Below, piece after piece: positions 28,901-37,897 of a stretch of 58,725 bases of DNA. The stretch lies in contig JBBIVV010000014.1 in the NCBI GenBank assembly GCA_037439545.1, positions 1-58,725 of the forward strand, read 5' to 3'. The stretch comes from a bacterium. Its GTDB lineage: Bacteria > JAMCPX01. The notes beneath the pieces were generated by a model. It was not told the DNA's origin. It made no database searches and was given only the letters and a program-made list of their open reading frames with translations. The first letter of the stretch is position 1. Each line of letters begins with the position of its first letter. The translations under genes were made by a program, and so were the position numbers.

Positions 28901-29522
28901 AGAGAAGATAGCACGGATGGGGGATGTAAATGTCGGTGCAATCAGCGAGCATGAAGAATTGCAAAAGAGGGTTGATTTCTACGAGAAGCACACGCAGGAC
29001 CTTGAGAAAGCAATCGATGACCTCAAGAAGGTGATCCAGTCTATCAACAGGGAGTCCAGAAAACTGTTCAGGGAGGTCTTTGACAGGGTAAATGAAAACT
29101 TCAAGAAGGTTGTTCCAAAATTATTTGAGGGTGGGAAAGGCGAGCTTATACTTACGGATGAGCAGGATCTGCTTGAGAGCGGCATGGAGATCGTTATCCA
29201 GCCCCAGGGGAAGAGGCTGCAGAATATAAACCTTCTTTCAGGCGGTGAAAAGGCGCTTTCAGCGGTTGCGCTGCTCATATCGGTGTTTATGGTTAAGCCG
29301 AGCCCGTTCGCTTTACTCGATGAGATCGATGCACCTCTGGATGATGCGAGTGTTTCAAAGCTGAACAATCTGATCAAAGAACTTTCCGTTAACAGCCAGT
29401 TCCTGCTTATTACCCACAACAAGCGGACCATTGAAATAGCGGATGTCATTTACGGGGTCACCATGGAAGAGCCCGGTGTTTCAAAGATTATATCGGTGAA
29501 GCTCCAGAGAGAGACTGCTTAG
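25992..29522 (+). CDS. smc: Chromosome segregation ATPase SMC
   Basis: GFKTF, GPNGSGKSN Walker A, coiled coils with hinge, LSGGEK, LLDEIDAPLD, ITHN; start placed at ATG 25992 (ORF track 25983). Confidence 0.97.
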   Translation: MQLKRLEIQGFKTFVEPVSFNFEYPIIAIVGPNGSGKSNIVDAVKWCMGEQSTRQLRANQMADLIFNGSEHRKSTGMADVSLVFSNDNADASSSYASFSELVVTRRMYRGQESEYYLNKDSRRLRDILEFLMDIGISSKAFSIIEQGQIGEIIDAKPEMRRYVIEDAAGILKYKSRKKLALDKIELTKANIARITDLLSEIKRQLNQVNKQVRVAQEYKSLKEQYRGLDLGILKTEYSEFASMLSDRKARLEQIRFELAKLTSRVTARYTDQQRFKDRLDKQSADITDRQNKINSLSSESMLLKEKIESSHRLRETLEKQNERIHINIDELIKREAYLKDHIETESRTLEDEQKELNSLNETLKVYEGEKNTLAERVNSIKDKIEEERNNEFSRVRKITEIDNQIISIEHDLENAAHRMEKIEHDTAFIEQKIGVLRDEKNGLEKQESSNAAAIKENDARRASADEQLAVLAQEMGVLTDRMEQTKKTYESTRSRYATLEDLRKNFDGYSDGTRFVLKQTDRFSIDKVVADYVNVKPGYELAVQAMLGDIIQGLVVSDYKAAGDIIDALRQQDKGRAVFVVKSGFQQAHRETVHNGMPLLGVLDVKDSALLPVFQSLLDNVSIAQSLKEAVALADGGATAVTLTGDVVKPGVIYGGSEGAIQGGILDRRSELERLRQEVDTLSDKLKQHEIDKTDKTSRMNTLNIELSKHRNDRQELEKQQSNIWTKIQNIDVQLNDLDKSLLTLKMEAEELKSNTSALYEEASDLRQKKALHEEDKGANASVIDELKNGLIDIEAQLESKKDAISASNVHSAGFKERLNAKSYDIKRMQTEYEGIQGQIASLKQESGKNSTTIEKMEQDAVAAGGRLAGINEDIQRIQNAIDDAKIFYDKEFKESSDMEHEIKQLEKDIVSMKDNESALAIESSEFTMKAGYCNDTAKDKYGVGLDQYEAGIIGEDEMAGSRDRLAALSEKIARMGDVNVGAISEHEELQKRVDFYEKHTQDLEKAIDDLKKVIQSINRESRKLFREVFDRVNENFKKVVPKLFEGGKGELILTDEQDLLESGMEIVIQPQGKRLQNINLLSGGEKALSAVALLISVFMVKPSPFALLDEIDAPLDDASVSKLNNLIKELSVNSQFLLITHNKRTIEIADVIYGVTMEEPGVSKIISVKLQRETA

Positions 29523-29523
29523 C

Positions 29524-29862
29524 ATGTACAAAGACGCCCTGAAAAATTTTCTCAGCACATCTCAAGGTGTGGATAGCATCATATTTCTCGACTCAGAGGG
29601 TGAAGCCGTAGAATTTGCCGGCTCAGTGCCGGATTATGATTTAAAGATCATTGGAGCTCATTTCAGCATATTTTTTAACACAATGAATGGTTTTGAGCCG
29701 CAGCCTTCTTCGATGGTTATAACAACCCGGCCTTATGTCATCAGCATGTGCAGGCTGTCAAAGGAGCACTTTCTCCTGGTCCTGTATATGTCGGACTACC
29801 ATGCCATAATAAACAGGTCACGGCTCCATGAGCTTATTGCCTTCATTAAAGGCTCACTCTGA
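29524..29862 (+). CDS. Roadblock/LC7 (MglB/MglC-like) domain protein
   Basis: 112 aa, alpha-beta-beta-alpha-beta-beta-beta-alpha pattern, GVDSIIFLDSEGEAV. Confidence 0.65.
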   Translation: MYKDALKNFLSTSQGVDSIIFLDSEGEAVEFAGSVPDYDLKIIGAHFSIFFNTMNGFEPQPSSMVITTRPYVISMCRLSKEHFLLVLYMSDYHAIINRSRLHELIAFIKGSL

Positions 29863-29868
29863 GCGTAC

Positions 29869-30708
29869 ATGAAGGGATTGTTCGGAAAACTGACCTCTCT
29901 CTTTACGGCGTTCTCCGGAAAGTCCGGTATTACAGCCGAAGACAGGGAACATTATACCGGGGAACTTCTTTCCATGGACATGAGCATCCATGTCATAGAC
30001 AGGCTGCTTGAAGAAATGGAAACTGCTGAAACGGATCCTGTTTCAGTACTGAAAGAAAGAATGAAACACATACTGCTGTCAGCACCTTTGTGTATGCCGA
30101 AATGCGGTATACTCATGATCGGTATCAATGGCTCCGGCAAAACAACGACAATAGCAAAGCTCGCCGGATGGTACACGAAGCAGGGACACAAGGTAATACT
30201 CGGTGCAGGGGATACCTACAGGGCAGCGGCTATAGACCAGCTTTCCATCCTGGCAAAGAGAACCGGGGTCGACATGGTAAGGGCAGTGCCGGGCGTAGAC
30301 CCTGCTTCTGTTATACATGATGCGGTTACGGCTTATAAGCACAGGGATAAGGATATCGTTATAGGAGATACTGCGGGCAGGCTCCATACGAATGTAAACC
30401 TTTCAAACGAGCTGAAGAAGATTAAATCCGTTATGAAGAAGGCGCTTGCAGGCGACAGGCTCGCAACCTATCTGATCGTAGACGCAACGATAGGCAAGAA
30501 CTCATTTCAGCAGGCAAAAATATTTCACGAGCATATAGGGATAGACGGTATTATCATTACAAAACTTGACGGTACAGCAAGGGCAGGCATTATCTTCACG
30601 ATTTGCGACGAGTTGAAGCTTCCTGTGACCGGCATAGGTACCGGAGAAGGTCTTGATGATTTTATGCCCTTTGATAAAGATAAGTTCGTGGAGGAATTAT
30701 TCGGATGA
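29869..30708 (+). CDS. ftsY: Signal recognition particle receptor (NG domain only)
   Basis: GINGSGKTTTIAKLA, DTYRAAAIDQL, DTAGRLH, TKLDGTARAG, GTGE. Confidence 0.95.
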   Translation: MKGLFGKLTSLFTAFSGKSGITAEDREHYTGELLSMDMSIHVIDRLLEEMETAETDPVSVLKERMKHILLSAPLCMPKCGILMIGINGSGKTTTIAKLAGWYTKQGHKVILGAGDTYRAAAIDQLSILAKRTGVDMVRAVPGVDPASVIHDAVTAYKHRDKDIVIGDTAGRLHTNVNLSNELKKIKSVMKKALAGDRLATYLIVDATIGKNSFQQAKIFHEHIGIDGIIITKLDGTARAGIIFTICDELKLPVTGIGTGEGLDDFMPFDKDKFVEELFG

Positions 30709-31493
30709 AAAAGCCTGTCGTCTACGCGCACAGAGGGGCATCGGGCTATGTTCTTGAAAACACCATACCTTCCTTCGAGCTCGCCATAAAAATGAAGGCA
30801 GACGCAGTTGAATTTGACGTCCAGCTCACGTTTGACGGAGACGTCGTGGTATTCCATGACTTTAATCTCAATAGATTGTTTCATGCCGACAAGAATGTTT
30901 CGGATCTTAAAACCGGAGAAATTAAACAATACGTTTTTGACCGGACCAACGGCAAAAAAACGGCCGGCATCCCTCTTCTTGAAGAAGTGCTGACAGCCAT
31001 TGGTCATAAAATTGCGATGAACATAGAGTTGAAATCAGAGTCGACCGATCCCTCTGTTTTACAGAGGTTGTGTGAAAAGGTTTTTGGGCTGGTACAAGCG
31101 CACGGTCTGACACAGGAAGTCGTTATATCTTCTTTCAATATCGATGCCATAAGGCGCATGCGGGATCTGTCGGATGATATAAAGATTGCCGTGCTCGTCG
31201 ACGCACTATCTCCCGATACCGCATCGCCTGCATCCGGGGATGCACCATCATTATCTTTTTACATAAAAACAGCGAATGAACTTCACGCAGACGCAATAAA
31301 TATGTCCTCTCTTCTTGTAGACAGGACGGTAGTTTCACAGGTGCACGGCAGCGGCTTCCAATTGAATGTCTATACAGTCAATGACGATGAGCTCGTCGCA
31401 TGGCTTATGGATGCGGGCGCGGACGGTTTTTTTACCAATTATCCGGACAGGGCGATTGCAGTAATCGAACATAAGATGAGGCGCGGCGGCTAA
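30705..31493 (+). CDS. Glycerophosphodiester phosphodiesterase (GlpQ/UgpQ family)
   Basis: AHRGASG..ENT, EFDVQLT.DG..VVFHD, NIELK, ISSF, YTVND, TNYP. Confidence 0.93.
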   Translation: MKKPVVYAHRGASGYVLENTIPSFELAIKMKADAVEFDVQLTFDGDVVVFHDFNLNRLFHADKNVSDLKTGEIKQYVFDRTNGKKTAGIPLLEEVLTAIGHKIAMNIELKSESTDPSVLQRLCEKVFGLVQAHGLTQEVVISSFNIDAIRRMRDLSDDIKIAVLVDALSPDTASPASGDAPSLSFYIKTANELHADAINMSSLLVDRTVVSQVHGSGFQLNVYTVNDDELVAWLMDAGADGFFTNYPDRAIAVIEHKMRRGG

Positions 31494-31495
31494 TC

Positions 31496-33094
31496 ATGAT
31501 CTTTATCATAACCGCAGTAGCTGCTCTTGCACTTTTCCTTTACGGCATAGATCTGATCAATTCAGGCTTGAGTAAATTATTCAGCGAGCAGATAAAAAGG
31601 TTTCTGCATATTGCATCGAAAAGCGTCCTCTGGGCTATCATTATCGGGGCAGTGGTAACAGTCCTGATCCAGAACAGCAATACCCCTGTGGTGATGCTCA
31701 TGGGTTTTGCGACATCGAGGATAATAGATATCAAGGGTGCAATAGGTATAATCCTCGGTGCCGACATAGGCTCAACGTTAACTGTCCAGCTTATATCGTT
31801 TAACCTTTACAACCTCGGACTGTTCCTTATAGCAGCGGGTTTTCTGATCGGTATTTTTACAAAAAGACAGAAAGCAAAAGCAGTATCGAGTTTCCTTACA
31901 GGTCTTGGCTTTATCTTTTTTAGCATGAAATTGTTAAACAGCAGTTTAAATGCCGTTCATTCTCAACAGGGTGATCCGGTAAAGCTCGTACTGCACAATC
32001 CGTATTTAAGTTTCGCGGTATCGCTTGTACTCACGTCCATAATTCAAAACAGCGCAGCAACGATAGGTATCGCGATATCGCTTGCCCACACCGGGCTGAT
32101 AACCCTTCCTTATGCCCTGCCGATAATACTCGGTGCCAATATCGGGACCTGTTCGACTGCTGTATTTGCAATGCTCAAGGCAGACCAGTCCGGAAGGAGG
32201 GTTGCGATAATCCATCTTTTGTTCAAAGTTACCGGGGTTATTCTTATAGCACTATTTTATAAGCCTTTTCTTCTGCTTGTATCATCTACATCTTCAAGCG
32301 TTGTCCATCAGATCGCCAATGCACACACGCTTTTTAACGTTATTATAACGTTCATGTTCGCCCCTTTTGCATCGGCCGCAGCACGATTTTTCGAACAGCA
32401 TATAAAAACGGGTAAAGAGATTGAATTGCCGGACAAGCCGAAATACCTCGATGAGTCAGCACTGCCGTCTCCTCCTATTGCGTTCGATTATGCGTTGAAG
32501 GAGATCATAAGACTTGCAAACTATGTTTACAGCATGCTTGCGATAGCATACGCATCAATCGCGCATAATAACCTGTGGAACATCAATGAACTGGATGCCA
32601 TGAACCTCGCGGTGGAAAAGCTCGCATCACACATAAAAATATACCTTACGCATATATCGGCGGCCGAAAAGCTTACGGAAGAGGATGCCTCGCGGCAGTT
32701 TGAGCTTATAACCTATATAAAGAATTTCGAGGTGATCTCGAACATCGTAAGCCAGAACCTGTCGTCAGTAGTAGAAAGGAAAACGACGGAACACTACCGG
32801 CTTTCGGAAGAAGGGTGGAATGAAATTAAGGATTACTTTCAGGAAGTGATGAAGTTCTTTAAGGATAGTATCGCGGCACTGGAGACGGATAATCCCGCTA
32901 TGGATGCCCTGTTAAGGGTAAAGAAGAAACAACTTGCGCAGGAAGAGCTCGTGCTCCTGAAACATCATCTGGAGAGATTAAAGAAAGGGTATGCAGAATC
33001 GATGGAAACGAGCGCCCTGCACATAGAAATAGTCAGCATCTTCAGGCGCATTTCATCGCAGCTCGCATACATGGTAAAATCCGTCAATAGGTGA
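31496..33094 (+). CDS. Na+/Pi cotransporter family protein with PhoU-like C-terminus
   Basis: Twin QNS repeats, ILGADIGST and ILGANIGT, IANAHTLFN, PKYLDE, HLERL. Confidence 0.9.
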   Translation: MIFIITAVAALALFLYGIDLINSGLSKLFSEQIKRFLHIASKSVLWAIIIGAVVTVLIQNSNTPVVMLMGFATSRIIDIKGAIGIILGADIGSTLTVQLISFNLYNLGLFLIAAGFLIGIFTKRQKAKAVSSFLTGLGFIFFSMKLLNSSLNAVHSQQGDPVKLVLHNPYLSFAVSLVLTSIIQNSAATIGIAISLAHTGLITLPYALPIILGANIGTCSTAVFAMLKADQSGRRVAIIHLLFKVTGVILIALFYKPFLLLVSSTSSSVVHQIANAHTLFNVIITFMFAPFASAAARFFEQHIKTGKEIELPDKPKYLDESALPSPPIAFDYALKEIIRLANYVYSMLAIAYASIAHNNLWNINELDAMNLAVEKLASHIKIYLTHISAAEKLTEEDASRQFELITYIKNFEVISNIVSQNLSSVVERKTTEHYRLSEEGWNEIKDYFQEVMKFFKDSIAALETDNPAMDALLRVKKKQLAQEELVLLKHHLERLKKGYAESMETSALHIEIVSIFRRISSQLAYMVKSVNR

Positions 33095-33127
33095 TGCGGT
33101 TTTTCACGATCTGCGATCATGCGGATG

Positions 33128-34750
33128 TCACGGTTCTTTTTTGTTCATCATCCTGAACAGCTTTTTGTTCTGCTTGTAAAGTTCCTTAAATACCGTGAAG
33201 CTCCGGTCGTACATCTTTTTATACTCAGTCCTCGGCTTATAGACCTTGTCAACGGGTATGAGCGGTTTTGCTTCTTTAAAGGATCTGATCAGTCCGAGAC
33301 CTACGGCGCATACGATGGCAGCACCATTGGTACCCGCGTTCTGCGGATTTTTAGTGACCTCGATGTTCCTGCCTGTGATATCAGCGAGGACCTGACACCA
33401 TACCTCTGACCGTGCACCGCCGCCGACAAATCGTATACTCTCCCGGCGGGGGATCTTCTTCTCTATTGCCTCGAGCATCCATCTTTTGTGGAATGCCACG
33501 CCTTCAAGTACAGACCGGATCATCTGGTGCTTCCCTGTTTCAAGGCTCAGGTTGAAAAACATACCCCTTGCGTACGTGTCCTCTCTCGGCGATCTGTTTC
33601 CATGGAGCCATGGTGTGAAGATGAGGCCGCCTGAGCCCGGGGGCGTCTGTTCGACGATCTCGTTTAAGAATTCATAGAGGCTCGCATACTCCTTTTCCTT
33701 GTCGACGACATGCTGGGCATTCAGGTAAAGTCCGATCTCATCGAGTGCGAGGTGGTCCCTGACCCATTGCAGGCATATACCCGAGGTTTCCTGTTCTGCG
33801 GTGTACACATATTCGCCGGGTATTGCGCCCAGTATCGAAGCTATAAAATTGCCGATATCGACAGTTCTTCTGTCTATATTCGCCGCGACCCACCCCGAAG
33901 TCCCTATATAAATGTGCGTGTCATACAGATCGAGTGCCCCGGAACCAACGGCAGTAAGAAAGGTATCACCGCCGCCGCCGAATACGGGTATATCGGGTTG
34001 CAGTCCCATTTGTTCCGCAGCACGTGCTGTCAGTCCGCCGATAATATCGGTTGATTTAATCACAGGGGGCAGATGATCCCTGTTTACATCGAATGTTTTG
34101 CACAGGCTCTCCGACCACTGAAGTTTGCCGCGCCGTGTATTGAAGACCCATGTCAGGTGAGCGGAATCGTAGGTCATGCCGTACTTACCGGTGCACTGCA
34201 GCGTAAGGTAATCTTTAACATCGAGCCACTTATAAACCTTTTTAAAGACCTCGGGCTCATTATCTTTGACCCAGTGGTATTTCCAGAGAGGGTCTTTCGG
34301 GGTTGCGGCGAGCCCGCCTGTGATAAAAAGTGATTTCAAGCCCAACAGAGCATTCCAGTTATCGATCCTGGGGAAGCCGCGATAAAGGTATTTTTCGATC
34401 TGCTGTGTGGACCGCTGATCCATATAGGTCATAGGATTACGAAGTGCCTTGCCCTGCTTATCGACAACCACTGACCCCTGCATCTGTGAAGAAAAAGCTA
34501 TTCCTTTAACCTCCGACGGCTTCAACGATGTACGTTTTACGATCTCGCGCGTGGAGCTGCACACTGCATTCCACCAGTCATCGGCTTTTTGCTCTGCTCC
34601 GCCGTCTTCCGTAGTATAGAGCGGATATTCGACCAGAAAAGAATCTATGAGTTCAATTTTGTCGCTTATCCTGTAAAGACAGGATTTATTTCCTGTAGTA
34701 CCAAGGTCATACGCAAGAATGAATGTGCCTTTTCCCGATATGGGTGTCAT
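33128..34750 (-). CDS. FGGY-family carbohydrate kinase (xylulokinase-like)
   Basis: AYDLGTTGNK, FSSQMQG, GGGGD, GTSGW, PWLHGNRSP, VLEGVAF, GGGARS. Confidence 0.92.
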   Translation of the reverse strand: MTPISGKGTFILAYDLGTTGNKSCLYRISDKIELIDSFLVEYPLYTTEDGGAEQKADDWWNAVCSSTREIVKRTSLKPSEVKGIAFSSQMQGSVVVDKQGKALRNPMTYMDQRSTQQIEKYLYRGFPRIDNWNALLGLKSLFITGGLAATPKDPLWKYHWVKDNEPEVFKKVYKWLDVKDYLTLQCTGKYGMTYDSAHLTWVFNTRRGKLQWSESLCKTFDVNRDHLPPVIKSTDIIGGLTARAAEQMGLQPDIPVFGGGGDTFLTAVGSGALDLYDTHIYIGTSGWVAANIDRRTVDIGNFIASILGAIPGEYVYTAEQETSGICLQWVRDHLALDEIGLYLNAQHVVDKEKEYASLYEFLNEIVEQTPPGSGGLIFTPWLHGNRSPREDTYARGMFFNLSLETGKHQMIRSVLEGVAFHKRWMLEAIEKKIPRRESIRFVGGGARSEVWCQVLADITGRNIEVTKNPQNAGTNGAAIVCAVGLGLIRSFKEAKPLIPVDKVYKPRTEYKKMYDRSFTVFKELYKQNKKLFRMMNKKEP

Positions 34751-34921
34751 TTTTTTATGCCCCTTTGAATTTGTCGTTGATCATAATTAGTAGAAATGAG
34801 GCATATTGTCAAAGCAAAAGTTACACTCTAACTCCTCCTGCGTGCCTGTGCGTGTGCATAAGCTTGACAGAGTTGAAATGTATTGGTAGCTCATCATTAT
34901 ATGAATAGTAGAATTAATTTC

Positions 34922-34996
34922 AGGCACGTAGCTCAGGGGGAGAGCGCTGCTCTCACACAGCAGAGGTCGACGGTTCGAAACCGTCCGTGCCTACCA
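34922..34996 (+). tRNA. tRNA-Val(CAC)
   Basis: Cloverleaf: AGGCACG/CGTGCCT acceptor, CTGCT-CTCACAC-AGCAG anticodon arm, TTCGAAA T-loop, encoded CCA. Confidence 0.96.
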
Positions 34997-35067
34997 GTCT
35001 TGTGCCGTTTAAGCTATTCAAGCCGTCATGGCGCATACCGTGTGAGTTTAGCGAACGGAGGTCTTAC

Positions 35068-35142
35068 AGGCACGTAGCTCAGGGGGAGAGCGCTACCTTG
35101 ACACGGTAGAGGTCGGCGGTTCGAGACCGCCCGTGCCTACCA
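35068..35142 (+). tRNA. tRNA-Val(GAC)
   Basis: Cloverleaf: CTACC-TTGACAC-GGTAG anticodon arm, TTCGAGA T-loop, encoded CCA. Confidence 0.97.
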
Positions 35143-35202
35143 TTCAACAGGGCATTCCCATAAATTATGCGGGAAATCATCCAATAAATTATCCGACAGA
35201 TT

Positions 35203-37113
35203 ATGATAAATATTAACTTTGAAAACAAACAATATGCTATAAAAGAAGGGACCACCGTAAAAGGCTTTCTTGAAGAGATAAACAGATTTTCCCGATCAGT
35301 CATTTTTGCAAAACTGAACGGCAAAGCTGTTGATCTGTCCTCTGTGATCCGTGATAACGGATCCGGGCTGAATATTTTTGACATCCATAGTCCCGAGTCG
35401 CTTGAGGTATTGAGGCATTCAGCATCGCATCTCATGGCCCATGCAGTGAAAGAGCTCTTTCCCGATGCCGTACTTGCTATAGGCCCTGCAATCGAAGACG
35501 GCTTTTATTATGACTTCTCGATATCCGGGCCCCTGGATCAGGGGATGCTTGAGAAGATTGAACAGCGTATGAAGGAATTGTCGAAAAAGGACATTCCCCT
35601 GCAGAGGATGGAGCTTTCAAAAGCCGAAGCGCAGGAGATGTTTCAGCAGAGGCATGAGAATTATAAGATCGAGCTCCTCAAGGGCATCACGGGCGATATA
35701 TCAGCCTACAGGCAGGGTGATTTTGTCGATCTGTGCTATGGACCGCATGTGCCGTCGACAGGGTATATAAGGGCATTCAAATTATTGTCGGTAGCAGGTG
35801 CATACTGGCGCGGTGATGAACATAACGAGATGCTGAAAAGGATATACGGCACGGCTTTCCCTGACAAGGAATTGCTGAAAGCACACCTTGACAGGATCGA
35901 GGAGGCAAAGAAAAGGGATCACAGAAAGCTCGGTAAAGAGCTCGGTCTGTTTTCAATAGAGGACGAAATAGGGGCAGGACTTGTGCTCTGGCATCCGAAG
36001 GGTGCTGTGCTCAGGAGCATCATAGAAAACTACTGGAAAGAGCTGCACGGAGCGTCGGGTTATCAGTTTGTGTACACGCCGCACATAGCGAAGCTCTCGC
36101 TGTGGAACACGAGCGGGCATCTCGGATTCTACAGGGAAAACATGTTTCCGTCCATGGAACTGGAGCATGTTGATTATCAGTTAAAACCTATGAACTGCCC
36201 GTTCCATATAGCGATATATAAAACAGAAACGAAGAGTTACAAGGACCTGCCGGTAAGATGGGCTGAACTCGGAACAGTGTACAGGTTCGAGCGTTCGGGT
36301 GTTATGCATGGGCTCATGAGAGTGAGAGGATTTACACAGGACGATGCCCACATATTCGTGACACCGGAGCAGTTGAGAGGTGAGGTCATAAACATACTCA
36401 ACCTCGCCCTCCAATACCTCAGAACATTCGGATTCGAACAATTTAATATATATCTTTCAACGCGGCCTGAAAAATATGTCGGCAGCCTTGAGAACTGGGC
36501 GGAAGCGGAATCTTCGCTGAAGGGTGCGCTCGAGGCACAGGGATTGCCGTACTCCATTGATCCCGGTGAAGGCGTATTCTATGGACCAAAGATAGATATA
36601 AAGATAAAGGACGTGCTCGGCAGGGAATGGCAGTGCTCGACCATCCAGATAGACTTTAATCTTCCCGAACGTTTCGATGTGAGCTATATCGGCGATGATA
36701 ACCAGAAGCACAGGGCAATTATGGTACACAGGGCGATCATGGGATCTCTCGAGAGGTTTATAGGCGTACTCATCGAGCATTACGGCGGCGCATTCCCTTT
36801 CTGGTTTGCACCCGTTCAGGTTAAGGTTATTACAATAAATACGAGAAATGTTGATTATGCAAAAGAAATAGTGTTAAAACTCAAAAACATGGTTATAAGG
36901 GTAGAAGAGGACTACAGGGAAGAGACCCTGTCATACAAGATCAGGGAAGCAACCGTGCAGAAGATACCGTACCTTATAATTGTAGGTGACAGGGAGCAGC
37001 AGACGAACACCGTAAATGTGAGAAAGTTTAAGGAAACAAAGCAGGAATCACGATCACTTGATGAACTGCTGGATATGTTGTATAAATTCAATAGAGAGAG
37101 GATAAATAAATAG
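35203..37113 (+). CDS. thrS: Threonine--tRNA ligase
   Basis: RHSASHLMA, DLCYGPH, GAYWRG, RDHRKLG, KPMNCP, RVRGFTQDDAH, FYGPKID, HRAIMGSLERF. Confidence 0.98.
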   Translation: MININFENKQYAIKEGTTVKGFLEEINRFSRSVIFAKLNGKAVDLSSVIRDNGSGLNIFDIHSPESLEVLRHSASHLMAHAVKELFPDAVLAIGPAIEDGFYYDFSISGPLDQGMLEKIEQRMKELSKKDIPLQRMELSKAEAQEMFQQRHENYKIELLKGITGDISAYRQGDFVDLCYGPHVPSTGYIRAFKLLSVAGAYWRGDEHNEMLKRIYGTAFPDKELLKAHLDRIEEAKKRDHRKLGKELGLFSIEDEIGAGLVLWHPKGAVLRSIIENYWKELHGASGYQFVYTPHIAKLSLWNTSGHLGFYRENMFPSMELEHVDYQLKPMNCPFHIAIYKTETKSYKDLPVRWAELGTVYRFERSGVMHGLMRVRGFTQDDAHIFVTPEQLRGEVINILNLALQYLRTFGFEQFNIYLSTRPEKYVGSLENWAEAESSLKGALEAQGLPYSIDPGEGVFYGPKIDIKIKDVLGREWQCSTIQIDFNLPERFDVSYIGDDNQKHRAIMVHRAIMGSLERFIGVLIEHYGGAFPFWFAPVQVKVITINTRNVDYAKEIVLKLKNMVIRVEEDYREETLSYKIREATVQKIPYLIIVGDREQQTNTVNVRKFKETKQESRSLDELLDMLYKFNRERINK

Positions 37114-37619
37114 AAAAGGAACTGCGTTATAACAGAAAGATTACTGCAAGGGAGATATTACTCATTGATGCCAGCGGGTCACAGCTCGGCAACATGTCCT
37201 TGAGTCAGGCATTAACATTAGCAGATCAAGTCGGACTTGATGTCGTTGAGGTCTCGCCGAATGCTACCCCTCCTGTTTGCAAGCTGATGGATTTTGGGAA
37301 GTACAAATACCAGCTTAAAAAGAAAAACAAAGACTCAAGAAAATCACAGATTGTGATAAAAACGAAAGAAGTCAAGCTCAGGCCGACGACCGACGAGCAT
37401 GATGTCAACGTAAAGATGGAGAAGATAAAAGCATTTTTGCTCGATGGAAACAGGGTAAAGATAGGTATTTTTTTAAAGGGCAGGGAAATGATGTACACGG
37501 AAAGGGCTTTTGCAATGCTTGACAGAATAGTAAAGATGCTTGCAGATAATGCTGTTGTCGTAGAGGCGCCAAAGCATTTTGGCAAAACAGTGTACGCTGT
37601 GGTATCTGCAAAAAAATGA
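37110..37619 (+). CDS. infC: Translation initiation factor IF-3 (non-canonical ATA start)
   Basis: Frame stays open upstream of ATG 37194 and encodes the conserved IF3 N-terminus (EKELRYNRKITAREILLIDASGSQLG) back to ATA 37110, preceded by TAA; PPVCKLMDFGKYKY. Confidence 0.93.
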   Translation: MEKELRYNRKITAREILLIDASGSQLGNMSLSQALTLADQVGLDVVEVSPNATPPVCKLMDFGKYKYQLKKKNKDSRKSQIVIKTKEVKLRPTTDEHDVNVKMEKIKAFLLDGNRVKIGIFLKGREMMYTERAFAMLDRIVKMLADNAVVVEAPKHFGKTVYAVVSAKK

Positions 37620-37643
37620 TAATTTCTTAAGGAGAGATTCGAT

Positions 37644-37841
37644 ATGCCGAAAATTAAGACAAAGTCAGGAGCAAAGAAGAGGTTCTTTATCACGGGAACA
37701 GGAAAGCTAAAGTTTAAAAAAGCTGGTGGGAGGCATTTGCTCGGACACAAGTCAAAGAGCAGGAAGAGAAGACTCAAGCAGGATGTTCTGCTGACAGGTT
37801 CAATGAGGAAGCAGATTAAACGTCTTGTGCCGTCTCTATAG
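37644..37841 (+). CDS. rpmI: 50S ribosomal protein L35
   Basis: [19 protein letters not shown]; position between infC and rplT. Confidence 0.97.
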   Translation: MPKIKTKSGAKKRFFITGTGKLKFKKAGGRHLLGHKSKSRKRRLKQDVLLTGSMRKQIKRLVPSL

Positions 37842-37897
37842 CCGGGGAAATTCAAAATTAAGTAATCAAAATTAAAGGAAATACATAGAGGTGTTTG

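Noticed and set aside
31205..31250. TGCATCC-GG-GGATGCA palindrome in a slightly long loop of the phosphodiesterase
   Set aside because: Short, matches neither repeat family, and the loop is naturally variable
34836..34860. CCTGCGTGCCTGTGCGTGTGCA low-complexity tract, possible repeat relic
   Set aside because: Single copy with no partner arm
35143..35202. thrS leader with a hairpin and repeated ATAAATTAT, possible T-box or tRNA-mimic operator
   Set aside because: Only 60 nt, with no T-box consensus and no Thr-anticodon-like loop
34883..35435. ORFs 34883-35077 (+) and 35079-35435 (-)
   Set aside because: They overlap the tRNA-Val genes and thrS
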